A stretch of DNA of 64,000 nucleotides from Candidatus Parcubacteria bacterium (GTDB taxonomy: Bacteria > Patescibacteriota > Saccharimonadia > UBA4664 > JBIOIQ01), in contig OY970378.1 in assembly GCA_963718875.1 (NCBI GenBank), positions 196,396-260,395 on the forward strand, read 5' to 3'. The position numbers and the translations under genes are program-made. The notes below the pieces were generated by a model. The model had not been told where the DNA came from, did no database searches, and saw nothing but the letters and a program-made list of their open reading frames with translations. Positions 1-9,410 of this stretch are shown here, in pieces (position 1 is the stretch's first letter; each line of letters opens with the position of its first letter).

Positions 1-30
1 ATCCATTCAGGATATTTTATCTTTGAGGCT

Positions 31-246
31 TTATTGGGCTGTGTCGGCATCCTTGATTTGATCTAGCAATTGTTCTAAATCACCGGTGAGTGAAATTATT
101 TGAGCTAATTCGGCTCGGGCTAGCCAAGCATTGCCGGGTTTCATAGCGTAGTTGCGCATATCTTTGGCACGAGCCAACAGTTGCTCGCACAGTTCAAGGT
201 ATTCTTCGCGCAGTAGCTCGGCAGGAGTCAGGTTCTTCATGGGCAT
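31..246 (-). CDS. hypothetical small helical protein
   Basis: 71-aa ORF with ATG start. Charged, helical-looking sequence. No recognisable family. Confidence 0.3.
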   Translation of the reverse strand: MPMKNLTPAELLREEYLELCEQLLARAKDMRNYAMKPGNAWLARAELAQIISLTGDLEQLLDQIKDADTAQ

Positions 247-291
247 AGTCTAACAGATATAAGCGCAATAAAAATGTTAAAAATGATAAGT

Positions 292-651
292 TTATTTAGA
301 AGAAACTGACTTTTTGACTGCAGGTTTTTTGGCTTTTGGCTTATCAGCTTTGGTGGTTTTAGCTTTGTCGGCTACTTTTTCGACAGGAGTCAGCGCTTTT
401 GTGACAACAGCAGTTAGTCGTGATTTGCGGCGAGAAGCAGTATTTTTATGCAAAGCGCCTTTTTTTACTGCTCGGTCGATTTCGCTTTGGGCGGCTCGCA
501 AGGCAGTTTCGATGGTCTTAAGCTCACCCGTGACAAGTGCGTCCATGACAACGCGTACATCCTGTTTTACAGCCGATTTAACTCGGTTGTTAAGGGTGCG
601 GCGCTTAGTGGTTTGGCGAGCGCGCTTGATAGCTGATTTAATAATTGGCAT
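292..651 (-). CDS. rpsT: 30S ribosomal protein S20 with Lys-rich C-terminal tail
   Basis: N-terminus MPIIKSAIKRARQ...RRTLNNRVKS is the canonical S20 start. AAGGA RBS upstream. C-terminal ~30 aa is K/P/A-rich low complexity. Confidence 0.9.
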   Translation of the reverse strand: MPIIKSAIKRARQTTKRRTLNNRVKSAVKQDVRVVMDALVTGELKTIETALRAAQSEIDRAVKKGALHKNTASRRKSRLTAVVTKALTPVEKVADKAKTTKADKPKAKKPAVKKSVSSK

Positions 652-887
652 CTGGGGTCCTTACAGTTCATCATTTAATCTATAGACTTGATAGACTTTA
701 AACTATTTAGGTTCGTTTGTAAATGGTATTAGAAATATGTGGATGTTGCTAGTGCTAAAACTGCTAAGAACAAAAAGTTGACAAAAGCAAGTTTTTACAG
801 TAGACTTGAGCACTGGCTTAGAGATTAGCTCTACTACTATAAGCTAAGGCTAGTTAGGGCAAGCCTGTTTTATACTAATGGAAAAAT

Positions 888-2078
888 TTGAGCGTGGATT
901 TAACTCCTAAACAACAGGCTTCCGAAGCGATTCGTCAAGCCGAAAGCATATTAATTGTTACTGGCCAGCGTCCTAATGTCGATCAAGTATCGAGTGTAGT
1001 GGCATTATCTTTAATATTGCGTAAATTTGGCAAAAAAGTTACTGCAGTGGTAAGCGATTCGATGCCCACAAGCGTTAGCTTCATGACTGGTGGCTTGGTG
1101 GAACGTAATCTCACTGGCTTACGAGATTTTATTATGCGCTTGGATCTGTCTAGGGCAGAAGTTGATAAACTAAAGTATACGGTAGAAAACGGCAAGCTCA
1201 ATGTTCACATCACACCTTTTAAAGGTGGTTTTTCGGCGCAAGATGTTAGCTTTACCCATGGTGATTATCATTATGACCTGGTAATAGTTATGGGAGTAGC
1301 AAGTCGTAGTAAGCTTGATCGCGTATTTGAACAGAACAGTGGGATATTGCAATCTACGCCAATATTAAATCTTGATTTCCATCGTATTAACGAAAGCTAT
1401 GGTGCTATTAATTTGGTTGATACAAATGCCGCTACACTGAGTGAAATGTTGATTTCGCTCGCGGAAAGTCTGCAGGCGGGTTTGCTTGATGAGCAGATCG
1501 CTACGGCTATGCTAACAGGTATTATTGCTGCTACCGATCGTTTTAGCGCACCGCACACAACTGCAAAAAGTATGACGGTGGCGGCGCAATTGATGGCTGC
1601 AGGAGCGAAACAACAGCAAATTATCAAATCGCTTTATAGTGGTGGCGGCCGCGATGGACGCGACGGGAAAGATGGGCGTGATGGACGGGACAAAGACCGA
1701 CGGCCTGAAAAGTCAACCAATGCAGCGCCACAATCGGCTGAGTTATCTGCCTCTAAACCAATTCCAGATACTGAATCAACAACTTATGTGGAGCCTAAAA
1801 TTCAATCAACTGAACCTGTGCCTGTGACGGAAGCAGCGGTAAATGTTGAGCCAGTTCAAGCTGTGGAGCCCGGTATGCTTAAACAACAAGAAACAGCGAC
1901 AGGAGATGATACAGGGCCAAACTTGGCTGCACTGGACTGGAACGCTGTAATGCCGCACATGCCGACTCTTAACCCAACTGAGGTTACAAACTTGGATGTG
2001 ACTGATGTTAACTCAAGTCATCAAATGCAGCCTGGAGTTACATCTGAGGTACCAAACCCGGGTGAATCGACCTCTTAA
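888..2078 (+). CDS. DHH/DHHA1-family phosphoesterase (NrnA-like) with ~130-aa disordered RDG/PT-rich C-terminal extension
   Basis: DHHA1-like segment LTGIIAATDRFSAPHTTAKS...AAQLMAAGA. Tail GGGRDGRDGKDGRDGRDKDRRPEK followed by a P/T/E/V-rich region. TTG start. Catalytic DHH motifs look partly degenerate. Confidence 0.7.
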   Translation: MSVDLTPKQQASEAIRQAESILIVTGQRPNVDQVSSVVALSLILRKFGKKVTAVVSDSMPTSVSFMTGGLVERNLTGLRDFIMRLDLSRAEVDKLKYTVENGKLNVHITPFKGGFSAQDVSFTHGDYHYDLVIVMGVASRSKLDRVFEQNSGILQSTPILNLDFHRINESYGAINLVDTNAATLSEMLISLAESLQAGLLDEQIATAMLTGIIAATDRFSAPHTTAKSMTVAAQLMAAGAKQQQIIKSLYSGGGRDGRDGKDGRDGRDKDRRPEKSTNAAPQSAELSASKPIPDTESTTYVEPKIQSTEPVPVTEAAVNVEPVQAVEPGMLKQQETATGDDTGPNLAALDWNAVMPHMPTLNPTEVTNLDVTDVNSSHQMQPGVTSEVPNPGESTS

Positions 2079-2115
2079 CGCTGTTTAATGTACTTAGTCG
2101 GTTATAGTTAGAGCC

Positions 2116-2827
2116 ATGGATAAAAACGGACTACTTTTACTGAACAAACCAGAAGGAATCAGCTCGTTTGATTGTATTCGAGTACTGAGACGAGTTTTGT
2201 TACCGCAGATGCAAGGGCAAAAGCTAAAGATCGGTCACGCTGGTACGCTGGATCCGGCCGCTAGCGGTTTAATGCTGATGTTATTTGGTACTGCGTGCAG
2301 GCAAGCCCAAATCTTTAGCAAACTTGATAAAACCTATGTGGCGGAGATTACTTTGGGTGCCACGAGTACTACGGGTGATCGGGAGGGAGAGATTACATCT
2401 TCAAGACCAGGTCTTGAATCTGGAGACTCTGCAAACAAAATATTAAGAACTGGTCTTTATCAATGCCTCGAGGAATTTGTCGGTAAAATTACACAAACGC
2501 CCTCGGTATATTCGGCAATTAAGATTAACGGGCAAGAAGCTTATAAACGGGCACGACGTGGCGAAGCGGTTGAAATGCCTAGCCGGGAGGTGACCATACA
2601 TTCGGTAGAGTTAATAAATTACGAATACCCCAAGTTGGAAATTAAAGTTAGTTGTTCGCAGTGGCACTTACATTCGCAGCTTAGCGGCTGATATAGGTGA
2701 GCGGTTGGGAGTAGGGGCTTATTTGAGTGCTTTGATGCGGACGAGAGTGGGCGAGTATTTGTTGGATCAGGCGGTGGAGTTGGATGCTGAGCCAAGTGTG
2801 ATTATCAATTCGATTCAAGCCGTTTAA
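2116..2827 (+). CDS. truB: tRNA pseudouridine(55) synthase TruB, interrupted by apparent +1 frameshift near 2657
   Basis: N-terminal frame (2116-2691) carries [12 protein letters not shown]. The conserved C-terminal [22 protein letters not shown] continues in the +1 frame to the stop at 2825-2827. Confidence 0.8.
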
Positions 2828-2929
2828 GCTCTTGGAGAAAATGCTCGTAATTGTTGCTGATTTATGATTTAATTTAGCTCCAGAGTTCGTTTCCGCTCCT
2901 GCGGATTGACAACAAGGAGGACGATCTAG

Positions 2930-3139
2930 ATGGGTGCCCAAAAGTATGCTCGAGCGGCGGTCTTGGTTGGCGTCGCAGCCATTCTTTTCGTGGCCGCTTT
3001 TCTCTTTGCTTACACTGCCGAGCCATCTCAGCCCGTGTTTGCCGGGGGCTTGGTAGGAGGAGGTGTTCTCTTTCTCGGTCTCGCTTTCGCAGGAGGAGCG
3101 TCGCAGGGTCGATCTGACTCTCGACGCAACCGCCCATAG
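2930..3139 (+). CDS. hypothetical small membrane protein (two predicted TM helices), GC-rich
   Basis: AAGGAGG RBS 7 nt upstream of the ATG. Hydrophobic Gly/Ala/Leu-rich 69-aa product. Locally elevated GC. Confidence 0.35.
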   Translation: MGAQKYARAAVLVGVAAILFVAAFLFAYTAEPSQPVFAGGLVGGGVLFLGLAFAGGASQGRSDSRRNRP

Positions 3140-3214
3140 GCTGACTACTAGAGGTGCGACTTACCGAGCTGATTCAACAACTCTTGTGACGTGCAACCTG
3201 TCACTGCCTCATGC

Positions 3215-3252
3215 CTTTCCCAACCCCGGCCTATACGCCGGGGTTGGGAAAG
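3215..3252 (+). terminator. perfect 16-bp stem-loop (ctttcccaaccccggc / gccggggttgggaaag) upstream of rpsO
   Basis: Inverted repeat read directly. No T-tract follows, so it may be a terminator, an attenuator or a processing hairpin. Confidence 0.4.
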
Positions 3253-3318
3253 CAACCTCAAGCGTTTAGGATCCTTACTATTGATAAAACCATTCAAATC
3301 TGCTAGACTCTACCGGTA

Positions 3319-3585
3319 ATGCTACAAACAGAAGACAAATCGAAGATTATTTCTAGTCTACAAAACCACAAAACCGATACTGGTTCGGCTGAGGTTCAGA
3401 TTGGTATTTTTACTGAAAAAATTACCCAGTTGACCGATCACCTTAAGATGCACAAGAAGGATAACCACAGCCGACGTGGGCTTTTAATGATGGTGGGCAA
3501 GCGGCGCAGTTTGCTGACATATTTAAGCAAAAAAAATAACGACAAATATTTAGAACTTATTAAGAAGCTAGAGCTGCGGAGATAG
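3319..3585 (+). CDS. rpsO: 30S ribosomal protein S15
   Basis: 88-aa S15-like sequence (…[25 protein letters not shown]…). Canonical rpsO-pnp arrangement. Confidence 0.93.
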   Translation: MLQTEDKSKIISSLQNHKTDTGSAEVQIGIFTEKITQLTDHLKMHKKDNHSRRGLLMMVGKRRSLLTYLSKKNNDKYLELIKKLELRR

Positions 3586-3658
3586 CCTTTGACCATTAAC
3601 CTTTGACCTTTGACTTGAGTTGCAAGTGTCAAATGTCAGGTGTTAAAAGTTAAATGTG
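3586..3658 (-). repeat. intergenic repeat family A copy (motifs GTCAAAGGTCAAAGG / GACATTTGAC / CATTTAAC)
   Basis: The reverse complement aligns with the copies at 6150-6218 and 24868-24946. Confidence 0.6.
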
Positions 3659-3735
3659 GCAAGGACGATTTAGAGCTTTGGGATTAAATTTTTAATCTCT
3701 TGTCCCTGAACCGTCTCGCTATAGAAAAGGAGAGT

Positions 3736-5847
3736 ATGGTAAACCAAGACATAATTAACCCCTTTGGGGCTAAGACAGAAGTTTTTACAACCGATTTTTG
3801 CGGACACGACCTTACAATTGAGACCGGCAAGATGGCCTTTTTGGCTGATGGCGCCGTAACTGTTCGTTATGGAGACACAATGGTGTTGGGTACGGCTGTT
3901 GTAAGTAATCAGCCTCGCGATGGAATTGATTTTTTCCCTTTATTAATTGATTACGAAGAACGGATGTATGCGACCGGTAAGATTAGTGGTAGTAGGTTTA
4001 TAAAACGCGAGGGCCGAGCAAGTGAACATGCTACTTTGAGCTCGCGCTTGATTGACCGTCCGATTCGTCCCTTGTTTCCCAAAGGTTATCGTAATGATGT
4101 CCAGGCTGTTGCAACAGTAATTTCGGCTGACTTAGTGTATGCACCAGATATAATTGCTATTATTGCGGCTTCTGCAGCCTTGATGCTATCGGGCGCACCT
4201 TTTGAAGGCCCAGTAGCTGGCGTGCGGGTTGGTCAGATCGACGGAGAGCTGGTGGTATTTCCTACCACCGAGCAAATGGCCAAAAGTACGTTGGATTTAA
4301 CAGTGGCTGGAACTAAGGACGCCATTATGATGGTTGAGGCTGGGGCTAATGAGATTGATGAAGCAACTATGATTCAAGCCATAGAACTAGCTCATAAAGC
4401 CATTCAACCGGTTATTAAGCTTCAAGAAGAGCTGGCGGCAGCTATTGGAGTGAAAGCCAAGGACTATGAACTTTACAAGGCTGATGAAGGTTTATTTAAG
4501 GAAATTGACGCTTATCTCAAAGGTAAATTAGGAGCGGCTGTTCGACACCAGGATCAATACCAGCGTCATGATGCAATAAAAAATCTTGAAAAAGAGGTGC
4601 TTGCAAAATATGAGAAAGATTACTCGGATGATCAGGTAAAGGTGGCTTTTGGAAAAGTAATTGACTACGAAATTCGCCGAGCTATTCTGGAAGATGGAGA
4701 TCGACCTGATGGTCGTAAGACAACTGAGATTCGACCGATCAGTGCCCAAGTTGGTTTGCTTCCTCGTACCCACGGTTCAGCCTTGTTTACCCGTGGCACG
4801 ACCCAAGTGCTTAATGTAACAACGTTAGGTTCTACGAGCTATGCCCAATTGATTGATACGATGGAGGAGGATACTACTAAGCGCTATATGCACCATTACA
4901 ACTTTCCAGGGTATTCTACGGGAGAGGTTCGGCCTATGCGTAGTCCTGGACGAAGAGAAATTGGTCACGGAGCTTTAGCCGAGAGGGCTTTGGTGCCGGT
5001 AATCCCGAGCGTGGAAGATTTCCCTTACACAATCAGGACTGTATCGGAGGCCGTTGCATCAAATGGTTCTACTAGTATGGCTAGCGTTTGCGGTTCGACA
5101 TTATCACTCATGGATGCTGGTGTACCAATTAAAAAACCGGTAGCGGGAATTGCCATGGGTCTAGTAACTGATGGTGATAAATATGTAGTGTTATCGGACA
5201 TTCAGGGGGCGGAAGACTTTGCTGGCGATATGGATTTTAAGGTGGCAGGTACCGATGACGGCATCACGGCACTACAAATGGACATTAAGGTTAAAGGAAT
5301 TACTCCAGCAATCATGAAGGATGCTCTGGCTCAGGCATTGGATGGCCGCGCATTCATTATGGGTAAAATGATGGAGGTTATAGATAAACCACGACCTGAG
5401 CTAGCGCCTTTTGCACCACGTATCACCAAGTTGATGATTAACCCTGAAAAAATTCGTGAAGTAATTGGCAAGGGTGGCGAAATGATCAACAAAATTATTG
5501 CAGAAACGGGAGTCGAAATTGATATCGAAGACTCTGGTCTTGTCATGATTGCTTCGAGTGATGGCGATGCATCTCAAAAAGCAGTTCAGTGGATTGAAAG
5601 TATTGTGGCAGAACCCGAAGTGGGCAAAATTTATACTGGTGAAGTTGTAAAGATTATGGATTTTGGTGCTTTTGTTAACATTATGCCTGGTAAGGATGGC
5701 CTGGTACATGTCAGCCAGTTGTCAGATAAGCGCGTAGAAAAAGTTGAAGATATTGTGAAATTAGGTGATACTATAAAGGTAAAGCTTATGGAAATTGATT
5801 CGCAAGGACGGCTCAATTTAAGTAAAAAAGCTGCCGAAAAAGAGTAA
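3736..5847 (+). CDS. pnp: polynucleotide phosphorylase
   Basis: RNase PH domains plus C-terminal KH/S1. Follows rpsO. AAAGGAGAG RBS before the ATG at 3736, so the track start at 3700 is probably too early. Confidence 0.95.
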   Translation: MVNQDIINPFGAKTEVFTTDFCGHDLTIETGKMAFLADGAVTVRYGDTMVLGTAVVSNQPRDGIDFFPLLIDYEERMYATGKISGSRFIKREGRASEHATLSSRLIDRPIRPLFPKGYRNDVQAVATVISADLVYAPDIIAIIAASAALMLSGAPFEGPVAGVRVGQIDGELVVFPTTEQMAKSTLDLTVAGTKDAIMMVEAGANEIDEATMIQAIELAHKAIQPVIKLQEELAAAIGVKAKDYELYKADEGLFKEIDAYLKGKLGAAVRHQDQYQRHDAIKNLEKEVLAKYEKDYSDDQVKVAFGKVIDYEIRRAILEDGDRPDGRKTTEIRPISAQVGLLPRTHGSALFTRGTTQVLNVTTLGSTSYAQLIDTMEEDTTKRYMHHYNFPGYSTGEVRPMRSPGRREIGHGALAERALVPVIPSVEDFPYTIRTVSEAVASNGSTSMASVCGSTLSLMDAGVPIKKPVAGIAMGLVTDGDKYVVLSDIQGAEDFAGDMDFKVAGTDDGITALQMDIKVKGITPAIMKDALAQALDGRAFIMGKMMEVIDKPRPELAPFAPRITKLMINPEKIREVIGKGGEMINKIIAETGVEIDIEDSGLVMIASSDGDASQKAVQWIESIVAEPEVGKIYTGEVVKIMDFGAFVNIMPGKDGLVHVSQLSDKRVEKVEDIVKLGDTIKVKLMEIDSQGRLNLSKKAAEKE

Positions 5848-5868
5848 TTAAAAAATTGGTAATAAGGA

Positions 5869-6090
5869 GTGAATGTGAGCTCACCAAAATATACGCCAGT
5901 TAGCGGAACAGTTCTCGTAGCAGCCGTAGTAGTGCTGGGGTTTGTAGCAGGATATTTAACCGGAATGAGCAACACCTGGTTAATGTCGATAGGATTCGGT
6001 ATATGGGTCTTTCTGTTCATTGCATTGTTGGGGGTCGCACTTGCCCAGATCGGACAGCGGAAAAAACCTGCAAAATCTAAACATCGTTAG
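5869..6090 (+). CDS. hypothetical small membrane protein (2 TM)
   Basis: AAGGAG RBS. 73 aa with two hydrophobic helices and a basic C-terminus. Confidence 0.45.
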   Translation: MNVSSPKYTPVSGTVLVAAVVVLGFVAGYLTGMSNTWLMSIGFGIWVFLFIALLGVALAQIGQRKKPAKSKHR

Positions 6091-6149
6091 ATAACTGATC
6101 AGAGTCTCTTTTTTAAGAGATTCAAATGAGGGATCTAAGCTTATAGAAA

Positions 6150-6218
6150 CATTTAACACCTAACCTCTGACATTTGACTTGCAAGTGCGTAAAAGATTAA
6201 TAGTCAAACGTTAAATGT
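6150..6218 (+). repeat. intergenic repeat family A copy
   Basis: catttaacacctaacctctgacatttgacttgcaagtg...gttaaatg. Contains the 10-bp palindrome acttgcaagt. Confidence 0.6.
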
Positions 6219-6254
6219 TTTCCTCGAGTCTTGATTTGCGTAAGTGGGTGGAGA

Positions 6255-6821
6255 ATGGATAAGAAAGCGGCCCTACAAGAGATTGCCGACCGAATTGTAG
6301 CCAACAAGGTTTGTCCTGAACTGGCGGCTGGAGCGACTCAACTTGTCCCAGGTGACGGTAATCCTAATGCAGATCTGTTGTTTGTAGGGGAAGCACCGGG
6401 AAAAAATGAAGATATTCAAGGCCTCCCATTTGTAGGAGCAGCCGGGAAGTTTTTAAACGAGATGTTGGCTGGAATAGGGCTTAAACGTGAGGATATATAT
6501 ATTACGAATATTGTTAAATATCGTCCCCCCGCAAATCGAGATCCTGCCCCCCAGGAAATAGAGGCTTTCGTGCCTTATTTAAAGGAGCAGGTTAAAATTA
6601 TTCGGCCGAAAATGGTGGTGTTTTTAGGACGACATGCAATGAATGTGTTTTTGCCAGAGCTTAAAATTGGTCAATGTCATGGTCAACCAAAACCTAAGGA
6701 TGGACAAGTGTATTTGCCTTTGTTTCATCCAGCGGCGGCGCTATATAACGGGGGGATGCGCCAAACATTGATTGAGGACTTTAACAAAATACCAGCAATA
6801 TTAAAATTTATTAAGACATGA
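6255..6821 (+). CDS. uracil-DNA glycosylase, family 4/5-type
   Basis: GEAPG motif, and HPAAAL near the C-terminus. GGTGGAG RBS before the ATG at 6255. Confidence 0.8.
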   Translation: MDKKAALQEIADRIVANKVCPELAAGATQLVPGDGNPNADLLFVGEAPGKNEDIQGLPFVGAAGKFLNEMLAGIGLKREDIYITNIVKYRPPANRDPAPQEIEAFVPYLKEQVKIIRPKMVVFLGRHAMNVFLPELKIGQCHGQPKPKDGQVYLPLFHPAAALYNGGMRQTLIEDFNKIPAILKFIKT

Positions 6822-6908
6822 ATAATGAAGAATGAGTCACTAATTATGGGTTGGAGCGGCACGAGTTGCTTGATTCATAATTTATGATTTGCAAAAACGA
6901 AAGGATAT

Positions 6909-8933
6909 ATGGAACCAAAGCACAATAACAACGATCAAGGGCCTTCGAAGGCTGTACCAAGAGAACCGCAGAAACCTAGCAATCAAAACAGGCCGCAACA
7001 GTCGGCGACAGCTGGTTCCCGTCCTTCAAGTCAGAATTCCCGGAATACGGGAGGTGGTGGGCGTGGTTCGTCAGACCGTCGCCGGGGGCGAGGTGCCCCT
7101 GCCAGCGGTCCCAGTATACTAAAAGCTTCGATAAACAATTACGATGAGATCCCTGTAAATAAGAGTGTCTACAATGGCTCAGGCGGTACGCAGGCTACCC
7201 AAGTAAAAACTGTCACTAACGGTCCCCGTGTAGCTAATCAGGCAATTGCTCGAGAACCAGTCTTACGAATAGTTCCATTGGGAGGTTTGGGAGAGATAGG
7301 CAAGAATATGACAGCGATTGAGTATGGCAATGATATTATCATTGTTGATATTGGTTTTATGTTTCCAACAGAAGATCAGCCTGGTATTGATTATGTTATT
7401 CCAGATGTTTCATATTTGGAAGACAAAAAGCATAAAATTCGCGGTATTGTTATAACTCATGGTCACATGGATCACATCGGTGGGGTGGCTTACGTATTAC
7501 CTAAATTGCCGGCGCCATTATACGGTACCCGTCTGTCTCTAGGGATGGTGGAAAAACAACTAGAGGAGTTTAAGCTGCAAACAGCGCCTCAGTTTCGAGT
7601 TATGGATCCAGACCAGCATGAGACAGTGCAGCTTGGAACATTTAAGGTAGAGCTGGTGCGAGTAACGCATTCTATTCCCGACGCAACAGCCGTGGTTATT
7701 ACGACTGCGGTGGGAACAGTGATTCACACTGGAGATTGGCGACTAGACCCCGACCCGATTGATGGGCGCAAGATGGATATGCCCCGATTCGCTGAATTGG
7801 GGCAAAAAGGTGTTTTGTTACTCATGAGCGATAGTACTCGTTGCGATTTTCCTGGTCGCACAGCTTCAGAACGCGATATTGAGTCGACATTTGAAGATCT
7901 GTTTAAGCGTGCAAATGGACGAGTAATAATATCAACTTTTGCGTCCAGCATGACCAGAATACAACTGATTGTTGATGCTGCACAGGCAACCAAGCGTAAG
8001 CTAGCGTTTGTAGGCCGTAGTATGCTGACAAATGTAGAACTAGCTGTAAAATTAGGCTACATCAAAGTCCCATCCGGTTTAATAATAAGAGTTCAGGATG
8101 TCGCGAAGCTATCTGATACGGAGGTGGTGGTGCTTTGTACAGGTTCTCAAGGTGAAATTAACTCGGCCTTAAATCGAATGAGTACTGGCGACCACCCGCA
8201 TATCAAAATTAAGCCTGGAGACTCGATTATTTACAGTGCCAGTCCTATTCCGGGGAATGAGAAGGCGGTGGTTGCTACGGTAGATGCGTTGATGCGTGAA
8301 GGTGCTCATGTGTACCAACGCTATACTTCTGAGCTTGATCATCATGGCCTGCTGCATTGTTCGGGACATGCAAGCCACGACGATGTTGTGGATTTGCTAG
8401 AAGCTGTGCGGCCAAAATATTTCATGCCTATTCACGGCGAATTTCATCACTTGGTGCGCAATGCGGACATTGCGGTTGAGACAGGGATACCGCGCGAAAA
8501 TGTCTTTGTGATCGATAATGGTGACGTTCTAGAATTTGATAGCCGTGGGGGACGCAAAGGCGCTCGTGTTCCGGCCGGAAAAATCATGATTGATGGTACA
8601 GGAGTCGGGGATGTTGAGGGTGTGGTGTTACGCGACCGGTTGGCTATGGCAAGTGACGGTATTTTTGTGATTGTAGCTACTGTGGCGCGTGGTAGTGGCA
8701 AATTGATTACGAGTCCAGATATTATTTCTCGAGGATTTATCTACATGAAAGAAAACGAGGAATTAGTAAACCGTGCGCGTGCAGAGGTGCGGCAAATGTT
8801 TGAGCGTCGCAACACCAAAGAACCAACCGACTGGTCTAAGTTCAAGCTTAAATTACGCGATCAAATTGGCGATTTTTTGTACAATGCTACCAAACGGAAT
8901 CCCATGATTATTACGGTGATCAACGAAGTCTAG
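6909..8933 (+). CDS. rnj: ribonuclease J (MBL/beta-CASP) with ~95-aa RGG-rich N-terminal extension
   Basis: HGHMDHIGG metallo-beta-lactamase motif and beta-CASP region. N-terminus GGGGRGSSDRRRGRG is low complexity. Confidence 0.92.
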   Translation: MEPKHNNNDQGPSKAVPREPQKPSNQNRPQQSATAGSRPSSQNSRNTGGGGRGSSDRRRGRGAPASGPSILKASINNYDEIPVNKSVYNGSGGTQATQVKTVTNGPRVANQAIAREPVLRIVPLGGLGEIGKNMTAIEYGNDIIIVDIGFMFPTEDQPGIDYVIPDVSYLEDKKHKIRGIVITHGHMDHIGGVAYVLPKLPAPLYGTRLSLGMVEKQLEEFKLQTAPQFRVMDPDQHETVQLGTFKVELVRVTHSIPDATAVVITTAVGTVIHTGDWRLDPDPIDGRKMDMPRFAELGQKGVLLLMSDSTRCDFPGRTASERDIESTFEDLFKRANGRVIISTFASSMTRIQLIVDAAQATKRKLAFVGRSMLTNVELAVKLGYIKVPSGLIIRVQDVAKLSDTEVVVLCTGSQGEINSALNRMSTGDHPHIKIKPGDSIIYSASPIPGNEKAVVATVDALMREGAHVYQRYTSELDHHGLLHCSGHASHDDVVDLLEAVRPKYFMPIHGEFHHLVRNADIAVETGIPRENVFVIDNGDVLEFDSRGGRKGARVPAGKIMIDGTGVGDVEGVVLRDRLAMASDGIFVIVATVARGSGKLITSPDIISRGFIYMKENEELVNRARAEVRQMFERRNTKEPTDWSKFKLKLRDQIGDFLYNATKRNPMIITVINEV

Positions 8934-8938
8934 TTGTA

Positions 8939-8967
8939 CTAGGGTTTAGGGTAGAGGGTTTAGGGTG
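8939..8967 (+). repeat. left inverted repeat of the four-helix-bundle cassette (ctagggtttagggtagagggtttagggtg)
   Basis: 27/29 nt reverse-complementary to 9344-9372. Confidence 0.8.
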
Positions 8968-9351
8968 GGAACGAAGAGGGTAGGAAGTGAGAAGTTTGTG
9001 AGTTTGCAGTCTTTTAAAGATTTAACCGTTTGGCAGCGATCGATGGAACTGGTTGAGAATGTGTATCTTGTTACGCAAGACCTGCCTATTTCTGAGCAAT
9101 TTGGGTTAACCAGTCAGGCTAGACGTGCGGCTGTTTCGATTCCGTCGAATATTGCGGAAGGGTATAAAAGAAAACATCGTAAAGAGTATTTACATTTTTT
9201 ATCGATTTCAGATGCTTCTTCTGCTGAGCTAGAGACGCAATTAATTCTGATTAATCGGCTTTATCCTAGTCTTAATATCGTTAATTGTAATCACCTCTTG
9301 ATAGAAGTTCAGAAAATGTTGAGTAAGCTAATGCAGCAGCTTTTACCCTAA
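8965..9351 (+). CDS. four-helix-bundle protein (23S rRNA intervening-sequence protein family)
   Basis: Family-typical ARRAAVSIPSNIAEGYKRKHRKEYLHFLSISDASSAELETQL segment. The start and stop both lie inside the flanking inverted repeats. Confidence 0.85.
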   Translation: MGTKRVGSEKFVSLQSFKDLTVWQRSMELVENVYLVTQDLPISEQFGLTSQARRAAVSIPSNIAEGYKRKHRKEYLHFLSISDASSAELETQLILINRLYPSLNIVNCNHLLIEVQKMLSKLMQQLLP

Positions 9352-9372
9352 CCCCTCTACCCTAAACCCTAG
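9344..9372 (+). repeat. right inverted repeat of the four-helix-bundle cassette
   Basis: taccctaacccctctaccctaaaccctag, the reverse complement of the left IR. Confidence 0.8.
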
Positions 9373-9410
9373 CGGAATGGTTTAATAGATAGATAGAAAC
9401 AGGGGTCTGG

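Noticed and set aside
314-685. ORFs on the plus strand antisense to rpsT (314-685, 448-636)
   Set aside because: They fully overlap a confidently identified ribosomal protein gene on the other strand and have an odd composition; treated as shadow ORFs.
4528-6020. Several minus-strand ORFs inside pnp (4528-4773, 5331-5546, 5401-5709, 5631-6020)
   Set aside because: Antisense to a highly conserved PNPase coding region; low-complexity translations.
6889-7122. 77-aa ORF overlapping the RNase J N-terminal extension in another frame
   Set aside because: Shadow of the rnj low-complexity region; no RBS and no recognisable protein.
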